Assembly: GCA_963829055.1 (NCBI GenBank) | Contig: CAWHHI010000020.1 | Coordinates: forward strand, 800,001-864,000 | Source of the DNA: an uncultured Gemmatimonadaceae bacterium | Lineage (GTDB): Bacteria > Gemmatimonadota > Gemmatimonadetes > Gemmatimonadales > Gemmatimonadaceae | Direction: 5' to 3' | Length of the DNA: 64,000 nt | Shown: positions 9,349 through 19,945 of the stretch, piece after piece | Layout of the letters: each line of letters starts with the position of its first letter | How positions within the stretch are numbered: position 1 is the stretch's first letter | Translations under genes and position numbers: made by a program | Notes under the pieces: model-generated | Database searches by the model: none | What the model was told of the DNA's origin: nothing | What the model saw: the letters and a program-made list of their open reading frames with translations, nothing else

Positions 9349-9741
9349 GTGGCGACGAAAAAAGTCAAACGTGGATTCCCGAAGGCGGTGACGGCCGCGA
9401 TCGCGAAGGACAAGATATTGGGCATTCAGGCGGGCGACGGCGGCCACCGCTTCATCGGCGTGTGGGCCGTGGTGGTGGACGGCCGGGTGTTCATCCGCTC
9501 GTGGGGGCTCGAGCGACGGAGCTGGTATCAGGCGTTCCGTGAAAATCCGATGGGACGGATCCAGGCGGCGGGTCGGGAGCTCCGAGTGAAGGCGATCACC
9601 AGCGTATCCGAACGCACGAAGGCGGCGGTCGATGCGGCGTATGCCGAGAAGTACGATACCCCCGGGGCGATCAAGTACGTGCGAGGCTTCAAGCGATCGA
9701 AGCGTCGGCGGGATACAACGACTGAGTTGTTGCCGGTGTAG
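9349..9741 (+). CDS. DUF2255-like protein
   Basis: IGVWAVVVDGRVFIRSW...WYQAF...VDAAYAEKY pattern; ggagg RBS upstream of GTG. Confidence 0.75.
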   Translation: MATKKVKRGFPKAVTAAIAKDKILGIQAGDGGHRFIGVWAVVVDGRVFIRSWGLERRSWYQAFRENPMGRIQAAGRELRVKAITSVSERTKAAVDAAYAEKYDTPGAIKYVRGFKRSKRRRDTTTELLPV

Positions 9742-9752
9742 GCTCGAGTTCA

Positions 9753-10157
9753 TCGCGCCGGGGCCGGTGGGAACTACGATTGGGCGGATCTGTATTGCGA
9801 AACTACCGGATACAGTTTGCATTCCCGGCCTCATCGCGCCGCGGTCGGTGGGAACTGCGATTTGGCGGATGACACGGAAGAAGCAGGATATCACTCGGTA
9901 GATCCGGCTCCTCGCGCAACGAGCCGGGATTCTTTGGGAACGGCCGCTCGGGAGACGCCTGCGTCCCGAGCGGCCGTTCCCATTCATTCAGGTCCGGCGA
10001 GAGCCAGCGTCGATGCAAAGCTGTATCCGGCCGTTTTCCGTGTCATCCGCGAAATCGTAGTTACCACCGACCGCAGCGCGATGACGTGTGAATGCATAGC
10101 CGTACCCGGTAATCTCGAGATCCGCCCAATCGTGGCTCCCATCGGTCGCCGCGCGAC
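9753..10157. mobile_element. ~400 bp foldback (MITE-like) element, family C
   Basis: Long imperfect inverted arms (ggtgggaactacgattgggcggatct...gcggatgacacggaa / ttccgtgtcatccgc...agatccgcccaatcg) around a central hairpin gggaacggccgctcggga...tcccgagcggccgttccc; related copy at 26544-26890. Confidence 0.75.
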
Positions 10158-10188
10158 ATAGCCTATCCAACAAATCGTCACACCAGCG

Positions 10189-10791
10189 ATGCCCACCAAG
10201 AAGAAGACCGCGGACAGCGCCATCGATCTCCCCATCAAGTCCTTCAAGACCGAAGACGCGTTCGCGAAGTGGCTCGAATCGAATCACACGAAGTCGCGCG
10301 GCATCTGGCTGCGCATCGCGAAGAAGGACAGCGGGCTCTCGTCGGTCACGTACGCGCAGGCGCTCGACGTCGCGTTATGCTACGGCTGGATCGATGGCCA
10401 GAAACGGCCATACGATGAGACGACGTGGCTGCAGCGGTTCACGCCACGCAGTCCGCGCAGCGTCTGGTCGAAGATCAACACCGGCAAGGTGCAGACGTTG
10501 ATCGAGAGCGGACGCATGCGACCTGCCGGGCTCGCGGCGGTCGAGTCGGCGAAAGCGGACGGTCGCTGGGAGTCTGCGTATCAGCCCTCGAAGAACGCGG
10601 AGATCCCGGCAGACCTCCAGGCGGCGCTCGACGCGAACCCGAAAGCGAGGGCGTTCTTCGAAACGCTGCGTGGCGCGAATCGTTATGCGGTGATCTACCG
10701 CGTCAGCACGGCGAAGAAACCGGAGACGCGAGCGCGCCGCATCGCGGATTTCGTGGAGAGACTCGCGCGGGGCGAGACGCTGCATGGTTAG
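10189..10791 (+). CDS. YdeI/OmpD-associated family protein
   Basis: WLESNH...ALCYGWIDGQ...RFTPR...WSKIN...AKKPETRARRI. Confidence 0.92.
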   Translation: MPTKKKTADSAIDLPIKSFKTEDAFAKWLESNHTKSRGIWLRIAKKDSGLSSVTYAQALDVALCYGWIDGQKRPYDETTWLQRFTPRSPRSVWSKINTGKVQTLIESGRMRPAGLAAVESAKADGRWESAYQPSKNAEIPADLQAALDANPKARAFFETLRGANRYAVIYRVSTAKKPETRARRIADFVERLARGETLHG

Positions 10792-10798
10792 GCATCGA

Positions 10799-10828
10799 TG
10801 TCATCCCTCGCGGCCGCTCGGGATGACA
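10799..10828. repeat. Minimal REP-like hairpin (family B), possible terminator between convergent genes
   Basis: tgtcatcc...ggatgaca inverted repeat. Confidence 0.6.
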
Positions 10829-10835
10829 CATGACC

Positions 10836-11195
10836 CTACCGCACCGTCACCTGCATGCTCGACCCCTCAGCGCCGCTGTACGTCGCGACCACCGTTGCCT
10901 GACCCACGCGCTTTCCAGTGACCCGCCCCGAGCTCGCATCCAGGCTGATGATGTTCGCGTCCGCCGCTGATGAGAGGCTCCACTGCGGCGACACGGTGTC
11001 ATAGCGGCCATCGCGGCACCACGTGGCCTTCGGCGTCAGCGACTCCCCGACCGCCACGTAGACGACCCTCGGACTGATCACGATCGTCAAGCCGCCGCCA
11101 CCGCCGCACGATGGATCGCCGATGGCGACGACACAGCGAGTGGACGAGCCGGCGATCACGGACGCGGCAGCGGAGGCAACAACAAGTCGGCGCAT
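10836..11195 (-). CDS. Small secreted protein with an Ig-like (Big_2-type) domain
   Basis: From ATG 11195: MRRLVVASAAASVIAG...ISPRVVYVAVGESL...WSLSS...SGRVTGKRVGQATVVATY. Confidence 0.65.
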   Translation of the reverse strand: MRRLVVASAAASVIAGSSTRCVVAIGDPSCGGGGGLTIVISPRVVYVAVGESLTPKATWCRDGRYDTVSPQWSLSSAADANIISLDASSGRVTGKRVGQATVVATYSGAEGSSMQVTVR

Positions 11196-11269
11196 GAGTA
11201 GCTGAGCCCCCCGTGGCGGTTCCTCCAATATTCGTGAGGAACCGCCGCGACTCAACTGTCCCCTACGGA

Positions 11270-13766
11270 CTACTCGTACCGCAGCGCCTGCATCGGGTGA
11301 ATGCGCGACGCCCGACGCGCTGGCAGATACCCGGCGGCAAGCGCGACGAGCGCGAGCACGGTACCAGCGACGACCACGACCAGCGGGTCGTGCCCCTCGA
11401 GCCCGAACAGCAACGACCGGGCGGTCTTCTCGAGCGCCAACGCGCCGACCACGCCGATCACGCCGCCGACGATCGTCATGCTGCCGACCTGCTTCAACAC
11501 CATCGACCGCACGCGCCCGGAGTCGGCGCCTAACGCCATGCGCACGCCGATCTCCCGCGTCCGCTGCGTCACGGTGTACGCCAGCACGCCGTAGAGCCCG
11601 ACCGCCGCCAGCAACGTCGCCAGCGCGGCGAACGCGGCCGACAGCGTGCTGATCATGCGGTCGAGGAAGACGTTCTCGCGGACCTGCTGCGGCAACGTCT
11701 TGATGTTCTCGACCGGCAAGTTCGGATCGAGACGCGTGATCAGCGCGGGAATCGTCCGCATGAGCTGCTTCGGATCGATCGACGTGCGGACGTAGAAGTT
11801 CAGCTGACCGATCGTCGAGTCCTGCGCCCACGGGAGGAAATACACCGGCGGGATGTCGTCCTTGACGTCGTTGTACTTCGCATCCTTCACGAGCCCGACG
11901 ATCTCCATGTCGTTGATCTTGGCGCCGGACAGCGCCATGTGCTTGCCGACCGCGTCGCGCCCGAGCTTGAACTTCTTCGCGAACGCCTCGTTCACGATTG
12001 CGACCTTCGGCGTCCCGACGCGGTCGGACGCGGTGAACTCACGTCCCGACACCATCGGGACGCCTAACGTCTTGAAGTAGCCGGCACCCACGGCGTTGAA
12101 CCGCGAGTTGCTGTTGATGTCCGGACCGGACTTCCAGCCATCTACTTCCACATCGTTCCCCCAGCTGTTCCCGCCAAGCAGGCCGACGAGCGACTCCGTC
12201 ACACCAGTCACGCCGGGAATGCCGTCGAGCGACTCCTCCACGCGCTCGAAGAACTGGTGCGACTGCGTGCGCGTGTAGCCGTTCCGCTCCGGGCGAGATC
12301 GAGAACATCACCACGTTCTCGACGTTCAGCCCCAGATTCACTCGGCTCACGTTGAGCAGGCTGCGCACGAAGAGACCGGCACCCACGAGCAACGCCATCG
12401 ACAGCGCGATCTGCACCGTCACGAGCGAGCTGCGGAAACGCGTCGCAGCACGCGTGCCGGAATGCTTTCCGGAATTCGCCCGCAGCGTCGTGACCAGATC
12501 GGGGCGCGTGCTGTGCAGCGCCGGATACATCCCGAACAGGAGCCCGGTCAAAATGGAGAGTCCGGCGGCGAACGCGACCACGGTCGGATCGAGCTCGAAG
12601 CGCAGGGTCGAGAGCGCATCGCTCGGTAGCAGCGCCGAGAGTCCGGAGAGCGTCAACCGTGCGACGAACAGGCTCACCGCGCCGCCGAGCAGCGCGAGCA
12701 CACACGACTCGGTGAGGAGCTGCGTCAGCAGCTGACCACGAGTGGCGCCGAGCGAGAGGCGCACCGCCATCTCCATTGACCGGTTCGCGGCGCGGGCGAG
12801 CAGCAGGTTCGCGATGTTCGCGCAGGCGATGATGAGGACGATCGTAGTGATGCCGATGAGCAGCAACAGCGGCGTACGGACTCGTTGATGGATCGAGCTC
12901 TGTCCGCGCGCACCGTCGACGACACCGAGCTCCTTCGCGCGGAACCGCTCGAGCGTTTTCGGGCTGATCCCTTCCTGAAGCTTCGCCTCGACGTCGTTGA
13001 TGATCGGCTTGTAGATCGCGTTCATGCCGCGCTTTGCGTCAGCGATGGACACGCCCGGCTTGAGCCGCGCAAACGCGTAGATCCAGTAGTTGTTCCGCCG
13101 TTCGTACCCCTTGAAGCCGGGCGACAACACCGCGCGCATGGTGATCGGCACGTAGATCTTCGGCCTGGTGCCGAGGGTGGTCCCCTCGAACCCCTGGGGC
13201 GCGACGCCGACGATCGTGAACGGCACCCCGTTGATGATGATCGGCTGCCCGATCACGGACGGATCGGACGCCAGCTTCGTCTCCCAGTAGCTGTAGCCGA
13301 GGACGGCGACCGGGTGAGCGCCGATGGTCTGGTCGTCGGAGGGGCTCAGCAGTCGGCCGGCCGCGGGGCGAAGCTGAAGCACGGGGAAATACGACCCGGA
13401 CACGAACATTGCGTCGCCGTTGAGCGTCTGTCGGCGGAACGAGAGGTTGGCCCCGAAAGAACGGTGGGCGGCGATGCCGGTGAACACGGTCTGGGCCTTT
13501 TCGAGGTCCCGGAACATCGGGTAGCTCAGGATCACTCGGCAGTCGCCTGCCATGGTGCACGACTGGGATCCGCCGTTCGGCTCGGAGCCTTCGAGGTTTA
13601 CGAGGCGATTGGGCTGCGGCACCGGCAGTGGCCGGAGCAGCATTTGATTGAAGAGAGAGAAGATGGCCGCGTTCGCACCGATACCGAGGGCGAGTGAGAG
13701 CACCGCCACGGCGGTGACGAACGGCGTCTTGAATAGCGTGCGAAGCGCCAGCTTGAGATTGGCCAT
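11270..13766 (-). CDS. ADOP/MacB-FtsX type ABC permease, one frameshift near 12290
   Basis: LKLALRTLFKTPFVTAVAVLSLALGIGANAAIFS...IACANIANLLLAR (12039-13766) joined to TREIGVRMALGA...PARRASRIHPMQALRYE (11270-12241). Confidence 0.92.
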
Positions 13767-14319
13767 GACTCGATCGGAAAGAGGCTACCGTAGGACAAAG
13801 CGGCGCGCCGGAACGTTTGCAGCGCGCGTACGGGCCCTGCCCTCAAACGAATTGGGCCTTTCGAAGCCGGAGCTGGGCAATCACCGAGGTGATCGAGGTA
13901 AGCTCCGGCACGACAACGCGATGTGTCGTCGCCGTCGAGGCGTCGAGCGGTCCGCGGGTGTCGCCAACCGAGGCTCCGCTCCGACCGCGCGGTGATCGCG
14001 GGAATGGCAGGCATGGCCGGTTAGGACAACGCTTAACGCGGGACGCTGCATGCGGTGTTGTGGCGTAAGCGGTTTGTTAAGCGACGTGCATCAGATTCGT
14101 GCGTGACCGGGGACGCGTGCGGGAGTCGCCGCGACGGCCGGTCGGTACCACTCGACGAGGCAAGTCCAAATGTCACGAACCATGCAGCTTCCCGTGGTCG
14201 CCCGTATCGTGGCCGACCTTGATGTTCCGGATCTTACAGTCGCTCCCCGCATCCGTCGGTCGACGTTCGCGCGGCTGATGTCATTTTTTCTCCGTTCCGT
14301 TGCACGCGGCCCTTGGTGC

Positions 14320-15555
14320 ATGCGCCCGATCGCGGCGGCGCTGGTCGCGTCAGTCCTGGCGTGCTCGGATTCCAGCGATCCGGTGACCGCGCCTCGCCCA
14401 GTCGCGAGCGCCGGCGTCACACCGAGGACTGTGGTGCTGGAGAGCGGTGAGACGCGACAGTTGACCGCCGTGGCGCTCGATGCGGCCGGGGCTGTCGTGG
14501 ACGGACGGACGGTCAGGTGGTCCACGGACCAACCCGCGGTCGCGACGGTCTCGGCGACTGGTCTCGTGCGGGCGGTGGCGCGGGGCTACGCCGTGATCAC
14601 GGCGACGGTGGACGGAAAGTCGGCGTCCTCTGTGGTGACGGTGCCGACGCCAGAGCCGGCCACGGAGTACGACCTCGTGTACGAGCGCAGGCCGTCCAAC
14701 GGAGATGCCGACATTCGCCGCCTGTCGTTGGCGACCGGTGCGATCACGTCACTGCCGTTGGTGGTGACGATTCCGGGAACGTCCGTGCGTGATGTCGCGC
14801 CGTCGCCAGACGGGACGCGGGTGGCATTCACGGTCGCGTGGTATCCCGCGGACTCGCCAACGCTCGACGGCGACATCTATGTGGCGAACATCAATGGCAG
14901 CGGCCTGCGGCGCCTAACGACGACCGAGGAGCTCGACGAGCAGCCGTCGTGGTCGCCGGACGGCACGCGCATCGCGTTCCGCAGCAACCGCTCAGGGAAC
15001 TGGGACATCTGGGTAATAAACGCGAACGGCACCGGCCAGGTGAACCTCATGCAGAACGTGCTGCCGGCGACGAGCACCGAGACGACGCCGGCGTGGTCGC
15101 CGGACGGCGCGCGCATCGTGTACTCGAGCGACATCGACAGCTTCGCGTACGGGAAGCTGTGGACGATGCGTCCCGACGGAAGCGACAAGCAGCGGCTCTT
15201 TCCGCAATCGAGCGCGGCGACAGACGTTGACCGCGACCCGAGCTGGTCGCCTGACGGGTCGAAGATCGCCTTCCGGCGTGTGAGTGCGGCGGCAACTGGT
15301 GCGGATCTCATGATCGCGACGGTCGCGACGGGCTCCGTCACGCGCATCGAGATCGCTGGCGCCCAGGCATTCCCGGCGTGGGCGCCCAATGGGTCGCGCA
15401 TCGCGTTCATGTCGAATCACGAGGGGCTGCTCTCGCACATCTACACAATGGCGCCCGACGGCAGTCAGATCAGCCGCTACACCGCGGGACCGGACGAGAA
15501 CGCGTACCCGCGATGGCTGCGGGCGGCGCCCGCGACGCGGGCGGTGGCGAGGTAA
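14320..15555 (+). CDS. Lipoprotein with Ig-like (Big_2) domain and TolB/PD40 beta-propeller; start uncertain (14170/14278/14320)
   Basis: ASVLAC lipobox, WSTDQPAVATVSATGLV, repeated PSWSPDGxRIAF. Confidence 0.85.
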   Translation: MRPIAAALVASVLACSDSSDPVTAPRPVASAGVTPRTVVLESGETRQLTAVALDAAGAVVDGRTVRWSTDQPAVATVSATGLVRAVARGYAVITATVDGKSASSVVTVPTPEPATEYDLVYERRPSNGDADIRRLSLATGAITSLPLVVTIPGTSVRDVAPSPDGTRVAFTVAWYPADSPTLDGDIYVANINGSGLRRLTTTEELDEQPSWSPDGTRIAFRSNRSGNWDIWVINANGTGQVNLMQNVLPATSTETTPAWSPDGARIVYSSDIDSFAYGKLWTMRPDGSDKQRLFPQSSAATDVDRDPSWSPDGSKIAFRRVSAAATGADLMIATVATGSVTRIEIAGAQAFPAWAPNGSRIAFMSNHEGLLSHIYTMAPDGSQISRYTAGPDENAYPRWLRAAPATRAVAR

Positions 15556-15576
15556 CAGGCGACCCATACTCTGCCG

Positions 15577-16026
15577 ATGAACCTTCGCACCGCATCGATC
15601 GCCGCCACTGTCGTGCTGGTGGCGGTGATCGTGGCGCTCTACCTCCGGCACGAGTTGTTAGGCGCGAACACCGTCGCGGTCGTCCTGCAGGTTGCCGCGG
15701 TCGCTCTCATGCTCTGGGCGCGGGTGACGTTCGGGCGTCGCAGCTTTCACGCGGCGGCCAATCCGACTGCCGGCGGGTTGGTTACCTGGGGCCCCTACCG
15801 CTACTGGCGCCATCCGATCTACTCGGCGGTTCTGCTCTTTCTGTGGAGCGGCGTCCTCAGTCACGGGCTCGATCCGCTGGCCATCACGCTCGCCGTCGTG
15901 GGCACGCTGGCGACGATCGTGCGGGTGTTGTCCGAGGAACGCCTGCTGCGAGCCGAGTTCTCGGGGAGCGACGGGTACGACGCCTACGCGCGGCGGACGA
16001 AGCGGTTCGTGCCGTTCGTGCTCTGA
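15577..16026 (+). CDS. Isoprenylcysteine carboxylmethyltransferase / PEMT family membrane protein
   Basis: LVTWGPYRYWRHPIYS...EERLL...YARRTKRFVPF. Confidence 0.9.
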   Translation: MNLRTASIAATVVLVAVIVALYLRHELLGANTVAVVLQVAAVALMLWARVTFGRRSFHAAANPTAGGLVTWGPYRYWRHPIYSAVLLFLWSGVLSHGLDPLAITLAVVGTLATIVRVLSEERLLRAEFSGSDGYDAYARRTKRFVPFVL

Positions 16027-16074
16027 GGCGTCGTTGCAGGCCGTGCGAAGCCCCTCGGCAAATGGTCGGCGTTA

Positions 16075-16399
16075 GCGGAAATGCCAGAAACGGCGCGGAA
16101 TGCCGAAGGGCGCCGAATCCCGAACGGCGCGAAATCCCAGACAGCGCGAAATCCCAGACAGCGCCAAATCCCGAAGAGCGACAAAGAGCGGAACGGCCCC
16201 GCCGTTGGGCGCCGTCTGGGATTTCGCGCTTTTCGGGATTTCGCGCTTTTCGGGATTTCGCGCTTTTCGGGATTTCGCGCCGTCTCGGGATTTCGCGCCG
16301 TTCGGCATCTGGCGCCGTCTGGCATTCTGCGCCTTTACTGCGTTGCGCCGTTCGGCATTCCGCGCTCTTACGGCTCTGCGCCGTTCACCGCCTTTTCCG
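16075..16399. repeat. Foldback minisatellite family D (17-18 bp unit CGGCGCGAAATCCCGAA; direct array followed by inverted array)
   Basis: About 6 forward units, then about 8 reverse units (ttttcgggatttcgcgc tandem); lies between convergent genes; second copy at 33376-33611. Confidence 0.85.
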
Positions 16400-17084
16400 T
16401 TATCGGATTCCTTGCCCGATTGGGAGCACGGCATTGTCCGCCACTACCCAGATGCGGTCTCCAGGCTCGACGGGAATGTCCGCCAGCCCGGTGAACTCCC
16501 CGAACGCTGGCAGGACCGCCGTCCTCGGCTGCACCCAGAAGCACGGCAGTCTCGCGTGCTCGCGGCCGGGTCCCGTTAGGCGCACGCCTGGATGCACGTG
16601 CCCGCAGAGGACGTATCCGGCGTCCGACACCGCCGGCTTGTGGGTGAACACGAACGGCGGCTCCGCGACCGGGCCGTCGACACAACGAATGTCGACCTCC
16701 GGCCCCGGGTCGCCGGCGCGCGCGTCATGGTTGCCGCGCACGATCACCATATCGACCGCGCGCATTCCGACTCCGCCATTCGTCGACCACTCGTGTGGTC
16801 TCCGCTTCACGCCCTTCGCGGGCGTGCAGAAAGTCGCCGAGGAAGATGATGCGCGTCGCGCCGGTGCGCGTGAGCGAACTGTCGAGCCGCTGGAGCGATC
16901 CGGTCGTCGTGCCGCGCGGCACCGGCACGCCCGCCGCACGAAACGCCGCTGCTTTTCCGAAATGCGGATCAGCGACGAGCAACGTCCGCGCGCGCTCCCA
17001 GTACGCGGCGCGCTCCGGCAGCAACACGAGCCGCTCGCCGGCGACGTCGGCGACGGCGTCGTGGTCAAAGCCCGCGGTGGTCAT
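16400..17084 (-). CDS. pdeM: Ligase-associated DNA damage response endonuclease (metallophosphoesterase), frameshift near 16765
   Basis: LLVADPHFGKAAAFR...LGDFLH then VRGNHD...GHVHPG...LPAFGEFTG; ATGA overlap with the helicase stop. Confidence 0.9.
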
Positions 17085-19599
17085 CCGGCAGCGCGCTCGA
17101 GCGCGAGCTGCATGCGACGAATGCGATCGGCCAAGCGACTCGGACGACACGCGCTCTCGGGTGCGATCGACGAGCAGCGGGAACCCGAGCGGCGTGACGC
17201 GGCGCGGCTGCCGTAACGACCACGGTCGCGCCGCGAGAGCCGCTGCAGCGCGATGCCGAGCCGGGTGCTCTCGAGCTGACGCTCCAGCACTTCGCGGGCG
17301 GCCTGCGACAACAGCAGGTTGCCGGGGTCGTACCGCTGCAGCACGTCGAAGAACAGTCCGCTCGACACCTGCAGCTGTCGCGCGGTCTTCCCTGATCGCG
17401 GGAACCCCGGAAACACGAGACCCGCGACGCGCGCGAGCTCGCGAAACTGGCGACTTCGCCATCTCCGTCGCGTTGAGCGCGGCCTCGATGTCCTCCAGCG
17501 AGACGGTCAGGGCTGAACAGCGCCGCATCCAGCGCGACCGCGAGCGGCGGCTCGGTGGGCGAGAGCAGCTCGAAGCCGTAGTCGTTCGACGCCATCGAGA
17601 ACGTGATCGGCGCGATGACGCGACAGCCGATACGCGCAGTAACGCGGCCAGTCCCTCGTGCACGAGCCGACCCTCGAACGGATACACGAAGAGGTGCCAG
17701 CCTTCACGCGTCTTCACCTGCTCGATCAGCAGCTCGTCCGCCCTCGGGATATGCGACCACTTTCGCTGCACCTCGAGCAGCGGCTCGAGCGTCTCCATCT
17801 CCGGCCCACGGAACACTCCTCGGCCGGCCTCGCCGATGCGCGTCGCGCAGCAGCGCCGCGAGCTCGACCCGACAGCGGCAGTCGACTGCCTGCCCATCGC
17901 GGAATCGCGCCCTTCGCCGTTCGGCGCGCGCCGCACCCACGCCTTCATGTCGCGCACGCGCACGAACTCCAGCGGCGTGCCGGCGAACACGAATCGGTCG
18001 CCGGGCTTGAGCCGAGCGACGAAGGATTCCTCCACGGACCCGAGCGAGCCGCCGCGCAGGTACGAGACGCCGATCTGCGCGTCGCCGACGATCGTGCCGA
18101 TCGACATCCGGTGCCGGCGCGCGATCTCGTCGTTCGTCGACGACGTAGCGGTCGTCCACGAGCGCGATGCGCGAGTACTCGGGATACGCGCGCAGCGCGT
18201 CGCCACCGTAGGTCGAGGAACTCGAGCACCCACGCCCACTCGACGTCGGTGAGCTCGACGTACGCGCGCGTCGTTCGCACTTCGTCCAGCAGCTGTTCCG
18301 GCTCGAAGCCGCCACCTAGCGCCACCGTCACGACGTGCTGCGCGAGCACGTCGAGCGGGCGCTCCATCGGCAGCCGCGACTCGATCGCGCCCCGCTCGAC
18401 GCCGTCGCGCGCGGCCGCGATCTCGATCAGCTCGAGCGCGTTCGTCGGCACGCACGTCACGCGGCTCATCGCGCCCGGGCCGATGTCCGCTGCGACCCGC
18501 GCGCTGCAGCAGTCGCGCGACGCCTTTCGGGCTTCCGATCTGCAGCACGCGGTCGACCGGCGAGAAGTCGACGCCGAGGTCGAGTGACGACGTCGCGACG
18601 ACGCAGCGGAGCCGCCCGGTGCGAAGTCCGTCTTCGACCCAGTCGCGCCGCTTCCGGTCGAGCGACCCGTGATGCAGCGCGATCACGCCGGCCCAGTCGG
18701 GCCGCGCCTCGAGAATCGCCTGATACCAGATCTCGGTCTGCGAGCGGGTGTTCGTGAACACGATGGCGCTCTCGCCTTCCTCGATCGCGGCGACGACCTG
18801 CGGCAGCATCTGCGTTCCGAGGTGACCGGCCCACGGAAACCGCTCGATGACGGGCGGGATGAGCGCGTCGATGACGACGTCCTTCGGGTCGACGCCGCGC
18901 ACGATCGCGCGCGCTGACGAGCGGCGCGCACGCCTAGCAACGCGCGTGACGCGTCGTCGATGTTGCCGATGGTCGCCGAGAGGCCCCACGTGCGCAGCGC
19001 GGGCTGATGGAAGCGGAGCCGTGCAAGCGCGAGCTCGACCTGCACGCCGCGCTTCGTTCCCATGAGCTCGTGCCATTCGTCGACGACGACCGAGTCGCAG
19101 ATCGGCGAAGATCTCGCGGGCGTCGTCGCGCGCGAGGAGGAGCGAAAGCGACTCTGGCGTCGTAATGAGGGTCGTCGGGAGACGGCGTGCGCTGGCGCGC
19201 GCGGATCGCCGGCAGACGTGTCGCCCGTCCGCGACTCGAGGGTCCACGGAATGCCGAGGTCGACGAGCGGCTCGCGCAGCGCCTGCTTCGGTGTCGGCGG
19301 CGAGCGCCCGCAGCGGCGTGATCCAGAGGACGCGAAGCGCCGGCGATCGGTCCCGTCGCGGGCGCGCTCGACCCGTGCGCGTCACGTTAGGTGCCGGTGA
19401 ATTCGTGGATCCGACGTCCTGCTCCGCGAGCCACTCGCTGAGCGGCCCGCCCCAGGCGGCGAGTGTCTTTCCGGTGCCCGGTTGCTGCGTGAACGAGCCC
19501 GCTCTCACCCGCTCGGTACGCGTCCCACACCTCACGCTGGAACGCGAACGGCTGCCAGCCTCGCGATGCGAACCACTCGTCGAGTCGATCGTGCGTCAT
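17081..19599 (-). CDS. Ligase-associated DNA damage response DEXH-box helicase (Lhr-like), multiple frameshifts
   Basis: [73 protein letters not shown] spread over several frames. Confidence 0.9.
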
Positions 19600-19945
19600 G
19601 GGTTCAACCGGCCGCGCATCAGATCCAGGCTGTGCTCCCTGCCAAACGGCAATTCACCGCAAAGGTCACGGAGGACGTCAAGGAGTGCTTCGGCAACCAT
19701 CTCAGACAAGGGAGCGAACGGATCCGGCGGATCGGCCGGATTGACTCCGTGTCATCGAAGGAGCAGCAGAGCCTGCCCTGAGGGGCGCAGCGACGGAGGG
19801 AGGGGTTAGCGTCGATGGGAATCGAGCCCGCACTGGCCACGATCGCGTTCGAGAAGGTCCTTCATCTGCCCGCTGCGCGGGCTCCCGCGCGCGGACTGAC
19901 ATACACCGTTCGTCCATTCGTCTGAGATGGTTGCTCGCGCGACGG

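Noticed and set aside
14030..14084. cgcttaac...gttaagcg inverted repeat in the divergent promoter region
   Set aside because: Only 8 bp with a long spacer and a single occurrence; not enough to call an operator.
16075..16399. CRISPR array (also 33376-33611)
   Set aside because: Units are contiguous 17-18-mers with no unique spacers, half are inverted, and there are no cas genes.
15378..17216. Long alternative ORFs (e.g. 15378-17216, 31450-33648, 3424-4584, 44989-46350)
   Set aside because: Arg/Ala/Pro-rich shadow frames of high-GC genes or read-through of repeats, with no recognisable motifs of their own apart from frameshifted pieces of the real genes.
17081..19599. Programmed frameshifting or true pseudogene in the helicase and other broken genes
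   Set aside because: Indels are numerous, lack slippery-site context and cluster regionally; sequencing error is the simpler explanation.
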